From assembly GCA_025201805.1 (NCBI GenBank), contig MU619256.1:267225-331224 (forward strand): DNA of 64,000 bases. The letters are read 5' to 3'. The stretch's first letter is position 1. Every line of letters starts with the position of its first letter. Below, one piece after another: positions 1 to 13,044 of the stretch. A model generated the notes under the pieces. That model was not told the origin of the DNA, did no database searches, and saw nothing but the letters and a program-made list of their open reading frames with translations. The stretch comes from Parasitella parasitica NRRL 2501 (Eukaryota > Fungi > Mucoromycota). The position numbers were made by a program, and so were the translations under genes.

Positions 1-1520
1 TCCAGGACAGAGTGGAACTGAATGAAGAAGAGCAGCTGCTGATCATCAAGCGTCTCCACAAAGTTTTGAGGCCCTTTTTGCTGAGACGTTTAAAGAAGGA
101 TGTCGAATCAGAACTGCCGGACAAAGTGGAGACCGTGATCAAATGTAAATTATCTGCCCTGCAAGCAAGGTTATACTCTCAAATGAAGAAATATGGTGTG
201 CTGTTTGGTGGAAATTCGCATAATGGGTAACTGCATAATAATAGTAAAGGAGTAATATAATTTTAACAATGCTTCTAATTTACAGAAAAACGAGTATCAA
301 GGGCTTAAATAACGCAATCATGCAATTGAGAAAGATCTGTAACCATCCCTTTGTGTTTGAGGAGGTGGAAAGTGTCATCAATCCTTACAAGGTCAGTAAC
401 GAGCTACTGTATCGAGTGTCTGGTAAGTTCGACCTGCTGGATCGCATTTTGCCCAAATTACGAGCTACAGGACATCGTGTAAGTAGTAGTAGTAGTAGCT
501 GCTATGCTGTTATGCTGTTGTCGAAAATGCACAGAATCACTCACTCGCCAATAGGTTCTCATCTTTTTTCAAATGACTCAAATCATGGATATTATGGAGG
601 ATTTCTGCCTGTATCGAGGTTATCGTCATTTACGACTTGACGGTTCGACAAAATCTGATGATCGCTCCAACTTGTTGCAAGTATTCAACGCCCCTGACTC
701 GCCTTACTTTATGTTTCTGCTTAGCACTAGAGCTGGCGGCCTAGGTCTCAACTTGCAAACAGCGGATACTGTCATCATCTTTGACTCAGATTGGTACAGA
801 TGTAGACTGAGAGAAAGAGAGTGTGTGTAGCTGCTGACAATCATTTAATGCAGGAACCCTCATCAGGATCTTCAAGCTCAGGATCGTGCACATCGTATTG
901 GGCAGACCAAGGAGGTTCGCATTTTCCGATTAATTACAGAAGATTCCGTAGAAGAAAACATCTTGGCTCGTGCTCAGTACAAGCTGGACATTGACGGTAA
1001 AGTGATCCAGGCGGGCAAGTTTGACCATCGCAGCACAGAAGAAGACCGCGAGGCGTTTTTGAGATCTTTGCTGGAGGACAAGGGAAGCGCATCAGAGGAG
1101 GCGACTGAAGTCGAAGAAGAGAGTGATGAGCTAGACGATGAGGAACTCAACACTATTTTAAAACGTTCTGACCAGGAATATGCTATATTCACAAAAATGG
1201 ATTTGGAAAGACAACGAGCCGACGCAGAAGCATGGCGTCGCAAATACGGCGACAATGGCAAGAAGCCAGAACGGTTGATTCAGGATTGGGAGCTGCCCGA
1301 CATGTACCGCTATGACCAAATGGCCGAGTACAACAAGAAGCAAGAAACGTTGGTTATGGGGAGAGGTCAGCGCCCAAGAGACAGCGTAAGGTATGACGAT
1401 GGCATGACTGAAAAGCAATGGCTGCGACAATTTGAGAACGACGGCAGTAGTGAGGCTCCTTCTCCGTCCTTGGACTCAGATGATAGGGCTTCCAAGCGCA
1501 CTAAATTTAACAATCTCTAA
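1..1520 (+). CDS. SNF2-family chromatin-remodelling ATPase (Snf2/Sth1/Snf21 type), 3' part; exons ~<1-226, 286-478, 555-793, 854-1520
   Basis: [96 protein letters not shown] helicase-C motifs; SnAC-like region ([10 protein letters not shown]); GT-AG introns restore the frame. Confidence 0.95.
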
Positions 1521-2385
1521 GACTATTAATAAAACACTGCTCTAAATATATAACGATAAATGGCTTTTTTTTCTGATGAAACCAGAAATGCCATGGCCCT
1601 CTTGACATGAAGCAGCTTCCATGCAAGCAGCTCAAGTAATGCAAAGCCTTGCGACAAACAAGAGAAGAAGAAGCCCAAATGGTCGTCGACAAACAAATAA
1701 ACAAAAAAAACAAAAAAAACAAAAAAAAGCCGACTTAAAGCCTACCACATATGCAGCACAATTAGAAAGAAACATGATGTTCATCCCACCCAAAGCAATA
1801 TCCCAAAATACGGGATTTTGTGTATAAATATCCACATTCCTATGGAAAAAGGACTAAAATAAATAGGACGGGCTGAACATTCTTGAATAAATAACGTGTG
1901 CAATACAACTGGATCTTAGTGGTCGAAATCACGATAAACACTCTATCACTCGCTGTATGTGTCAAACAGCATGCAGTGGTAAACAACTGGCACTTGACTT
2001 GGTTTGTGTGGAACGTACACCGTTATTTTAGCTATAGAGTAATGCTCGCACGTGTGTATGATGCTTCTAACAAGTGAAAAACGCAACTTGCCTTGTAGCA
2101 CAAAGAAACTCTATATGGACATCTTGTGAACAACTAAGAAGCATCCAATCAGACTTGTTTTAAAAGTTCATGATGTAGGTTGATTGGCCTCGTTTCCCTT
2201 AATTTATAAAAAGCAAATGGTCCCCCCCCTTAAACAAGCCATTTAGACAAATCCATCAAGAGATAGTAGAGTAAATGGCTGTATATATAATCCTCCTTTT
2301 TTTCCGCTTTCCTCTCTTTCTTTCTTTCTTCTCAACTCTTTCTTAAGCCTGTTACTGTTTCATGTTGATTTAGAGACACTCAATC

Positions 2386-2610
2386 ATGCAAGACATTTTC
2401 GACACTCCTCCACCTTACCAAGCACAGGATGACAGCATCTACATGTCCGACATGGATCTGAACGCATGGCCCTCCAGCTACTATGGCCGAACCCGCAGGA
2501 TCGACCTGGCCAAATTCTATCATGACATTTTAAAAGCAAGCGGCCCTGGAGATGTTGCTGCATCAGATCAAGAACAAGCAGAGGATCTTGCATGCATCAA
2601 TCGCATCAGC

Positions 2611-2644
<34 letters not shown>

Positions 2645-3282
2645 GCAGCGAAGCATCCGATGGAGAAGACAGTAGCCATATATTACAGCAATTCAGCCAG
2701 TGGGATCGCATTGGCGGTGAACTGACTAGACAAAAGAAGCAAGTTCGATTTTCAGAGGAGCCCCCAATGGTTTATGAATACGAGCCCGAGTATCCCTTGC
2801 CTTTGACTAATAGGGATCATTCACTATTCGATGACGGCTGGCCTGGACGGACCAAGACTGCCATGAAATCATCAGGATTCATCGACTTCAAGTCCAAAAT
2901 TGAGGCCAAATTGGGCGCAATCAACGATCCTGCACTCATATCTCAACTCGATTCGAGCAATGCTGATGTCGACGAAAGCTCGCTGCTGTACAATCGTCAG
3001 GACTCGCCTTTATACCGTGGATATTACCGAAACCGCAAAAGCCCTCTTGTAAAGAAACTTAATCTCCGGCCTATTCCTAATGAGCCAAGCTTGATATTTG
3101 ACACATCGCCCTCGCCTTCTAATTCATATACAGACTCGCCACTGACACCAAAGGACAACCACCATTTACCCATCCTTTCAATAGGCGAGTCGATCTCCAC
3201 TACATCGTCGTCGTCCAATTCGAGTACCACCACAAACATTTGGCTCAAAACTTTGTCGAGAATTAGAAATAGTTCCAAATAA
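2386..3282 (+). CDS. Hypothetical Ser-rich protein with KKQVRF (RVxF-type PP1 docking) motif
   Basis: 298-aa intronless ORF with coding-like composition; poly-Ser from an AGC repeat; KKQVRFSEEPPMVYEY. Confidence 0.7.
2607..2649 (+). repeat. (AGC)n microsatellite encoding poly-Ser
   Basis: Direct reading of the sequence. Confidence 0.9.
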
Positions 3283-3596
3283 TGGCAAAAAAAAAACTGT
3301 ACATAGTATCCTATCGTTATCTCTCTCTCTCTCTCTCTCTCTCCCTCCCCCCCCCATATCCATAATCACAGACTTTTCATACAACAATAAAGAAATACAT
3401 AAAGAAAGATATAAAAAGCATAAGCGTAATTAAGCCAATCATCGTCTTTTCTGTTAATTCAAATAAGGCTGTTGTTGTGTTGCTGTCCAAATGAGGAAAG
3501 CACATTTTTTGCAAGTATATTAAACTTGGGATGCAGTGTTGTCCAAGTATCATTTTCTTCTTCTTTTTCATTCTTGTACCATTTCAATCACATACC

Positions 3597-6551
3597 ATGT
3601 CAGCCATGGATCCTCAGTTTTTTCCTACACAACCAACATCATCGTCATCATCATCTGCTGCTGCTGCTGCTGCTGCTGCTGCCACAATGAGCAACGATAG
3701 CCCTCCTTCAACACCAGGCCCCTCTCAACTTAATCTTCAGCAACAGACACAGGCGCAGAATCGACTGTTGAATAGAGTGTCGACGTTGTTTGGCGGTGGT
3801 AAAAAGAAGGCTGCAGACAACGGCGCTTCCTCGTCGTCTACTGCTCCTGCGATACCAGAAAATGATGGCGATGATGCTAGCCTGGCTCCATCTCAAGCAG
3901 ACTCTGTATTCGGCGATGAGAGAAACGACTCTTGCGTCGATTCAATGTACTCTTCCATCCGCTCACGCCGATCAAACTACCCACCTGTGCCAAACCCAAA
4001 CACACCTCCTCCGCTAAGAACTGTACAGTTAGACAGCCCAATTGTGCATTTACCCACACCGCCACCCAAAGATCCCCCAAAAAAGACAGCCATCAGACCG
4101 ACGAGCGCCTCTTCCTCGACGTCGACCTCCTCAATACCACACACGCCATCCCCCGCAGTAGAACAAAGAAATGAAACGCCATCAGATCCCTCTTTGCAAA
4201 AGATCCAGGACGTCGAAAAGCAATTTGAGCTGTTATTGGCAAGTATTTTTATCTGCTCAAGTACACAATGAAATCCGTATGTTAATTAATTAAACAGAAA
4301 GAATACGCTCCTTCAGCCGACCACATCAGCAGCGTAAACAGCCTGACTATAGAGCAAAAGGAGATGCTCCTTCGCTCCTCAAAGTCGCTAGCGTTGCTCA
4401 ACAAGAACTCGACTTTTTCAAACGTCTTTTCGCTCAAGACTACGTTTGGTATCAAAAACAAAAAGAGCAGAGGCAACAGTGTGGACCAGCAGCAGTTCTT
4501 CAACACTGTCGCCAACAGCCGCTCTTTTGCCAGCGAGGTGGAGTTGGTCAACGGCAATGCTGCCTCTGCAAAGTCTGGAAGCAGCAAGACGAACGACACA
4601 ACCAAAGCAAATACAGCGCCTGGACGGTATATTCGCACCAGAGTCGCCCTGCCCCGTCTTGGAAGCAGCAACTCCATCAAGTCGCATGGCAAAAATACAT
4701 CCAGAAGCAAATGGAAGTCTACGCCAGAGTATTTCGTCCACATGTTGCAAGAAACGCCAGCGAGAGAGTTGGAGGACTCTGAAGTGCTTGACCTGCGTGT
4801 CTTTTTACGCAGTGTCGTTGTCAGGTGAGTCGTTGTGAGAGTGTTGCTACATAACCCTCGCATCATGTGTTAATGCTCCATGTTTGTTTAGTTGGACGAG
4901 CGAGTTTCTGGACAAAGGCGGCTACCAAGCAATCGCAGACCTTTTCAGACAGATGAAAGAAAAACCTAAACGATCGCCAAAGGACGACAGATATTCACAA
5001 GACCAGAAGGATAATAGGATTTTGGAGCATCTTGGTAAATGTCTCAAGACAATCATGACGCATCAGGTAAAAAAAAAAAAATAAGGCCTATTGTTGTTTA
5101 TTGGCTGGTGTATTCTAATACGTTTTTTTTCTAATGCCCAGTCCAAAGGCACTCAGATTGTGCTGACTGACCCAAGCGCCCTCTGCCATATTCGAGACAT
5201 TTTGTTTGGCCCTGCCAGCAAGAAGCAAAAGCAAGTGTCGGGGCTGGAGATCAGCACAAAAAGCCTGCTGCTAAACTTGATGTGTACGTTGGCTACTATT
5301 CAAACTACTCGCACCTGTGAGACAGAGTATGTCCATGGCTACGATGTGCTCCGCCGCTTGTTGCTGGATCGTCCCAGCGACACTGCCTCCAGCGACGAGG
5401 ACGACAAAAAGAGCCAGCCCAAACACATCTCGCCATTCCCCACCACTCTCAAGACGGATCCTCAGGAAATCCTGCAAATGATCATGGAAAACGACCCGAA
5501 TGGATCAACTATTGGCAGAGAGTACGAATGGAACAGAGACGAGCTCAAACCTCGCTACACTTCGTGGATGAGGGAGCTCGAATGCACGGTAGAGAAACAC
5601 ATTGAAAAAATCACGTTTTTGGCCAACGTATTCGGCTACCCCTTCCAAAGCGCCTACCGTCAAATCCACGCAAGACAGACTGGTGGTGCTGACCCTTCTC
5701 GTAGTGGCTCCGGGGAGTCTGGTGCTGTCATGACAGAAGAAGGCGTCGTCGATTACATCATTACCCACTTGCGTCTTATTCGCACCATAGTTACCACTCA
5801 GCCTACCAGTTACACGGGCAACTATGACGAACGTGAGCAAGAAAAAATGCGACTGGAACTGATGCTCTCAGGCTTTGACAAAATCTCCAAGGTTTGTTTG
5901 CATGTGGCACGGCATTTCTGTGTGTATCCAACTGACATGTTTTGTTTATTTTTTCCTTTTTACTAGGTCTTGATCCAGTGTCCTCATCCTCTAGTGCACT
6001 CGTCCTACATCAACTATCTGAAGCCTCTCTTGAACCCATGCGCCGATCTATCCGCTCCTAGTGGATCCACTGCTAATCCAGATGATTTACTTCCTCCGCC
6101 TCTACCTGCGCGCAACCAGCAGCCTGCTGCCATCGCTTCTGATGCTGCCATCACCGCCGACAGCAACGAGGACGATGAAAATGATTACGAGATTTTGGTT
6201 TATGCAGACAACGACTTGAACGAGCCTCTTCAGCATCATCTTTCTCCAAGACGCCAACAGCAGCTGCACGAACAAGCAGAGGAGGGACCCGCAGTCGTAA
6301 CCCAGTGGGGATTTGCGTCAGATCCTGATTATGACCAAGTATTTTACGATGATGACGAGTATCTCGATGACCATTTCAACACGGATGACGAGTATGAGGA
6401 TGGCGATCAGTCCAACATTTCTGGGAGTCGTCTCGAATGCGCTTCTCACAGCGAAGAAAACGATTCTATTTACAGTGCTCATGACAGACAGCACTTTACC
6501 ACTTCATCCACAAAGATCGTTGACCTCGGCGCAACCTCCCAGCACTCGTAA
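3597..6551 (+). CDS. Formin GTPase-binding domain (Drf_GBD/FH3, armadillo-like) protein lacking FH2; exons 3597-4238, 4298-4824, 4892-5066, 5142-5891, 5967-6551
   Basis: VEKQFELLL..SLTIEQKEMLL, PEYFVHML, LDLRVFLRSVVVSWTSEFLDKGGY, LEHLGKCLKTIM resemble the diaphanous GBD; splice junctions keep the frame (first intron GC-AG). Confidence 0.7.
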
Positions 6552-6974
6552 AAAGAAAAAAGAAAAAAAAAAGACTAGTGTCATATATACCTTTCCCTTT
6601 CTGTCTATTACCCATTCTTTATGTCTCTATCTATCTTGTATAGTTTTACATACATTTCTTATATATCATCCCTTTTTCTTTTTTTTTTATCAAATAAATC
6701 ATTTACATATCAGAGACATCATATCATAAACTATCCAGAGAAACCAAAAGAGAGGGAGGGGGTAAGGTATTAATGTCTGATGGCGAACCAGTAGAGTGCG
6801 CTGTATCTATCATGCTTTCTTTTCAAACAAGAGGTATTTTGAGCCAAAGAAAGCTTAAGCGGTGTTGCATTGCATGTGTGCATGACCTGCTATCGATACA
6901 TGTCATTATAACAAATCGGCATGAAAACAATCCTTGTATTTAGTATATAGTATTCAAGGAGGCTGTGCATTCAG

Positions 6975-7002
6975 ACATTTTGCATTTTGCATTTTGCATT
7001 TT
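6975..7002. repeat. (GCATTTT)n short tandem repeat
   Basis: gacattttgcattttgcattttgcattttt. Confidence 0.7.
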
Positions 7003-8384
7003 TAAATTTACAGGTGCACGTGACAAGTTTTGAAGCCAATCAATCTTTGGTCAAGCAGACAATGGTCGAGGGATGATTGGGTTGTGTGCCATGTATTGAC
7101 ATGCGGAGGGCTCTCGAAAAGCTAAATATAGGCAAGCAATTCATTGTCAATTAGTCTGATTCAAGCAATATAATATCTTGCATTTGATCACTTGTTTTTG
7201 AGTTGTTGCATCATCGTCATCATCACCTGCAACTGTAGTAGAAGCACATAGTAGAGGCCGCAGAAACAAGAGATTAATGAAACGACAAAAAATGATTTTC
7301 TTTCAAGGCCAAGGTTAGTCGGTTGACTGTTCTCGCTTTCAATGGAAGGAAATATGGGCAACTGAAGAAGATGCATAATAATGACAATTTAAAAACTAAA
7401 GGCAGTTTCGATAAGTGCATCTTGATTATATTTAAGTATGTGTTTCAATCGCATTGGAAGCTGTGTGGTAGTATTGTTAATATAGACTAAAACAGAAATT
7501 TACCCCGTATGCATTTTACGGCTTTCTTCAACTATTGTCAATGGCTAGTGCTTTTCAAATAGCTTTTCGAAACATCCTCGTATTGAATTCTCTTTATGAG
7601 GCAGAATTTATCCTGCCACCTTGATTGATAGATTAGGTTTTTTTTTTTTTTTTTTTGGCATCATTAGATAAGCACTGGAATCGATTAAACAAGATTCATG
7701 TAAAGCGGATACTCTATCAACAGTACGTTTTTTTTAGTACTTCCATGATGACAAATGGCAGCAGCAGTAATATAGATCATCTATTTTTTTTGATTGCCCA
7801 CTATGGTTGTTGTTGTATTTTCATGTTCACATGACCCTCCATGAATATTTTGTTTGAAAGACGTGGACGGACATCATCATCAAGTAAGCATTCGAACTGG
7901 TACCTTTGAATAAGCTTAGACAGGTAGCCTTGCACCGAAGTTTCTGTGTAGACTGTAAATCAAGGTCTTCAAGGCCATCAATAGCAAATAATATAACAGT
8001 TATACAGGAGGTTAATTCAGTCAACATGCATTATATAAGAATGATTCCATCAAGTAAGTAGTCAGTCGTCAGGGAAAAAAATGCCAATTATGAAAATCAA
8101 GAAGGGGGTTTTTTTTTATATTTTATAGATATAGTATAAATGTACGGGATGTAGGTGTGTATATAATATAAGTAGTGTTTGCAAAGAGCAGACACTGTTG
8201 ATATCATCTGGTTCAGATCCATAGTGGGGATATGCTCTTTGACATGTTCTTTTTTTTTTTTTTAATGTGTCAACTTGTTCGATTGCCCTATCGACATGTT
8301 ATTTAGTAAGCTTTGGACAACTAAAAGGAAGAAAGAAAAAAAAAAGAAAAAAGAAAACATAGGTCAGTAAAGCAATTAGATCAG

Positions 8385-11300
8385 TCAAACCATGTCAACA
8401 AACTTACTAACTGTTTCGTCAGCAGAAGAATGGCTTAATGAGAAAAGAGCAGGGAATTCTAAAGGCTTGTCTATACCGTTTGTTGCAGTTGTAATCGCTG
8501 TGGTAGATGAAGATGTGCAAGGTGTTGTCGCAGCAGAAGATGAAACGGCAGCGGCAGCTAATGTAGGGGTTGAGACAGATGTGGATAATGCAAATTGAAC
8601 GGCAGCAGAAGAAGACGAGGCTAATCCGCTTGTACCGGTCGTGGTTGCCGTAGCTGACGGATAGATCAATGGTGGCGGTGGATTTTGGGTATGAATACTG
8701 TAATTGTTAACTTGAAAAGGTAAATTGGCAGTCTTTTTGGGCGAAGAGGAATCCAACATGATGTCAGGCATAGACTGACTCGAGTGCATTGAACTGTTGT
8801 TGCTGCCTGTTGAAGTAGATGAGGTAGGGACAACATAGGCATTATTAAATTCGGGTTTGTTGCCGAGAGGTTGATAAAATCCACTATTGCCATTGTGATG
8901 GTGAAGATTATGGCTGCTATGGTGATCCATCGAATACAGCATGGAATGCTGCGATTTAGAGTCGGAAAAACCTGATAAGGGAGGGCTGCCAACATAGCCA
9001 TTCAGGGAGACCTGCTGAGGCGGGTTAGACCATATGTCTAAACCGTTTTGACTGGTACTGCTGGTAGGAGGCCCCCCACGAAAGCTCAGAGGAGACACCA
9101 CGGAAATAGAAGCGGGTCGAGGTGGCTTGTTTGCCTCTGGAGAATCAAAAATCGCACGAATGTTTTCAACAGTCTTAGGCGAGTTCATATCTCTAAAGTT
9201 TTTCCAAGAAGCATCAAACGCATTTCCGCCGGTTGAACTAGGATAATCAAACAGCGAATAGCTCTTTAAACCACTATTCATTCCTGACAATGGCGGAGGT
9301 GAAAAGTCGTTCAATAGCGAGGACGAGGAAGATGGTGTGGGAGATACCAAATCTGACGGTAATGCCGATGGCATCATTTTGCTATCGAATGCAACCGCAG
9401 TAGAGAAAGGGTAATTGATTGAGTTTGGTACCGGATTACCACAAGCGGAAGCAGCAACAGCAGAGGTAGTGGTGCGCGCAGCATGTCGAACAATTGAGCT
9501 ATCTTCGTACAAATTCACCTGTTGGCTCTTGAGGTAGCTGATCAAAATTTCCAAAGTGACATTCAAACAATCCAGGTTTCCCTTTGTCATTTTGTACACA
9601 ATGACTCGGTCACTTTCGTTTTCGTGCTCTCGGTGCTTCTTGGGCTTCAGCTCCACAGTGACATGGTAATCGGTGGCAATACGTTGAACAACCTCTTTGT
9701 ACGACTCAGATTCCAAAACTGTGTTCAAATGAGTCGAGTATGGTAAATGCACATGATACTCTTCGGGCACAACTGCTCTGACCATCTGGACAGCCAAACA
9801 CACTTGCGATTCAGGGCCAACCAGTGTCAACGAATCGCTTGCTGCTTCATTGTCAGGCCAAATCAAGTGTGTGTTGGTTTTCTTGGTCATCTCAGCAAAA
9901 TAAGCGGCTTGATCATGGATCAGCGTACGATGCAACCAGAAAGGAACGTCAAACAGCGTCTGCTCGATACAGTCTCGATCCTTGGGGTTGATTAGATCCA
10001 TTACAGCATGCCGCAAGTTTTCCAGGTTAACTTGGTTCTTCATTGGCGTTCTCGCCACCACATTGTCTTCGTTGTCGTAGTAGCCGCCCAAAGCAGCAAA
10101 CTCCTCGGCATTTGAGAATTTCACATAGACGCCGTATTTCTTCATGATGCGTTGGATGTTTTTGCCACCAACGCCAATGATCCGTTTGTGATACACCTCT
10201 GGTACATAGAACGATATCTCTGCAGGCAATTCCTCTTGCAACAAAGTGAGCCCATCCAATGCCTTATTAAAGTTGTTGCTCTCGACCTCGATGATAAAGT
10301 TGTATTCGCTGAACGGCACAAATTTGATCTTTGCACCAGACGTCTTCATGATTTTGTTGATTTTTCCACTCTTTTTCCCGCTAATAAACTCGCGCTGCTC
10401 GTTCGACAGCTCGACATTGAATACGGTGCTTTGGTGAAAGATCTTCAAGAACGACATGTCATGCAAGCGCTGGTATACATGGCGAATAGCTCTTTCTGTG
10501 CCGTAGGCTTCAATACAGCCAGAATCTGCTTTGTAAGCAACTTCAGCGCCCGAAATTTGCGATAGTTGGGAGACCAGAGCTGCGATGTTTACACTCGAGT
10601 TGAAAAACGTATGGGCTGCTGCTTCCGCGCCATAAATAGCACCATCGCGATTAAAATAGAAACATGCTTCGTAGATGCAACAGGCCTAACGATTTATTAA
10701 AAGGTTAGCACGTTTTACTCCCCAAGTATGGAATCATGTTGTTGTTGCTGCTTACCAAAAAATGGAGGGAGCGAAGAGTGCGCTCGGCATTCACTCTACT
10801 TTCAGCATAGACAGTAACGACATTTCCCCCAGACCCCATTTTTGGAAATGATACAAATGAGCCGTTATCTCTCATTATTTTCCTTAGATCGCTTCTGCGA
10901 TGTAACAGCATCCAGTCTAATTTTCTAGGGTGCAAAACAGCGTCTTTATGGTACATAGACTGAGCCTTTTTGTCATGTTAGTTTTCTGAAAAAAAAAAAA
11001 AAAAAAAAAAAAGTTTACATTTACCTTTTGTGTAGCTAATTTCGTCAACATGTCTTTCACGCGTGCGACATTGCTTGATTCTCCAGTGACATAAATTGGA
11101 GGAGAATATTCGTCATTAGACTTTTCAAAAATAAATGGAGATGGAAAGTAAATCGATGTAGCTGTTTCTTCTAAAATTGCTTGAAGGCCAGTACGCTTCC
11201 TTCCACAAATCAAATAATGTAATTTGTAAGGGATTTCAACAGTATCTACATCTAATTGTGACTATAGCGAATGGTATGAGTGGAAAATGAGAGCTGAATA

Positions 11301-11758
11301 AAACACATGAGACCCACCATTTTATCTAACATGACAAGTGTATGAACTCGAGCGAGATCAGCATTGTCGGGTATACCAGTTATAAGAATATTCACAGTAT
11401 TTTGAAAGGCAAAGGACGATTGTGGGATAGGTTCAGTGATTGAGATAGATGTACTTGTTTCGTTTGCAATTTTTTCGCATTCGACTCGAAGTTTTGTACA
11501 GTCTTGATCAGGGATTTTCAAGTTGAGATGAGTCTATAGTGCCAAGCAGTTAAAAAATTTTCATGTGCCAAAAAAAAATAAAAATAAAAAAAAAATTACT
11601 TTTGTAGGATATAAATTCAAAATCTCGGTTCTACTTGCCATGACATTCTCTTGTGGACCTGTTAAAGTGAGATTTGTACCCTCTACAACTATTTGACAGG
11701 TCAAAGAAGCAGGCAGTTTGTCTGCTTGTCCAAAACAAAATGAAAAAGCACAGGTCAT
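8385..11758 (-). CDS. Multi-KH-domain RNA-binding protein (Mug60-like) with a long Ser/Pro/Asn low-complexity C-terminus
   Basis: KH GxxG-type loops: ICGRKRTGLQAILEET, FISGKKSGKINKIMK, HKRIIGVGGKNIQRIMKKYGV; multi-exon model starting MTCAFSFCF. Confidence 0.8.
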
Positions 11759-13044
11759 GATTGATTTCGTAATAATATAGCAAATGTTGTGATGGTATCT
11801 TTTTTTTTTTTTTTTCGTAATTGTATTGTTTCTTCCTGTATCTGGAATTCCTCTTTCTTTTTCTTTTTCTCTTTCTGCTTTTTTTCTCTGATGTAAAGTG
11901 GGTAAATATCTAATCAATATAAATCTGTGTAAAAAGTATAGTTTATACTAATATACAAAAATATATTCAATAGATGTTGTGTATAAAATGAATTAGAAAA
12001 AAAAAGGTTAAAAAAAAAAAGAAGAAAAAAAGGGGGATGGATGATATAAGAAATGAAATAGAAAGTTAAGAAACAGTTATAAGAGAAAAGAATGCACTTT
12101 TTTTTTATACAGGAAATCAAACGAGAAAAAAAGAAAAAGGAAAGGAAAGGAAAGGATGTTACCGTACAAAAAATCAAGGCCTTTTTAATTTAGCTATTAT
12201 CAAAACGAGATGTAGAACCAAAATCTTGTCTAGAATTGAAAAAACTAGTTGTAATTCACGACAGAAATCTCAATTGAAATCGTTGTTGGATTATCTTGTC
12301 CATCATTTAGTGCTCTTTGGTTGCGTTCGGTTGATTAAATGTAGAAGAGAGACCCCCTTGTAGCAATTGTTGCGTACTTATTGGCTATGTTTCGAACAGT
12401 TGAGCCTCTCTCTCCCCTTTGCAGTCACCAAAGACGAAAAGTTTTCTCAAAAACTATAAACTCGTAACAAACAGCATGATGATTATGTACCAAAAAGCAT
12501 GCACAAGTAGACAGGAACCCAAACAAACCTTCATCTTTTAATATAAACTTAAAAAGTAGTATTTATAAACAATCATCTACTGAAAATATAAACTCCATTT
12601 CGTACCAATGTTAGTAGCAGATTGTTTTTGTATACTCAGATTTGATACGGTATCATTCAATAGATGATGGCAAATCTCGATCTACTGCGGTTCCCATAGC
12701 AACGGTATTTGGTTGCCAATGACAATAAGAGTAATTGACAGCAGCAATTTAAAATATTCAGATATAGGGATTCAGCTTTCGACTTTATTCAAACGCTTCA
12801 TAAATGGTTTTGTTTTTGTCATTTGACATTCATATTACAAAACTCGTCGTCAATGTTTCGCGCAGGCTAATATTTCCTATTTGTAAATGTATCCCTTTTT
12901 TATTTTTTTTTAACCCAATCAGATTTCCATCATAAATGTAGTGATTGTGTGCGTATGGCACTGTCCACAATAAAAATATTCCATTTCTTTCTTTCGTCTC
13001 CTCTTCACAGTAACAACAACAACAAAAACGTATATATTGCAACA

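Noticed and set aside
1507-1835. Short ORFs after the Snf2 stop as a possible bromodomain exon or separate gene
   Set aside because: No bromodomain motifs in any frame; the ORFs are driven by A-rich repeats
4282-4866. 194-aa antisense ORF, and similar antisense ORFs over the KH, Pho87 and AtuA genes
   Set aside because: Shadow frames of real genes on the opposite strand; no motifs
11561-12177. Phe/Lys-rich ORFs upstream of the KH gene
   Set aside because: Products of poly-A/poly-T low-complexity UTR/promoter DNA; only the part from MTCAF is coding
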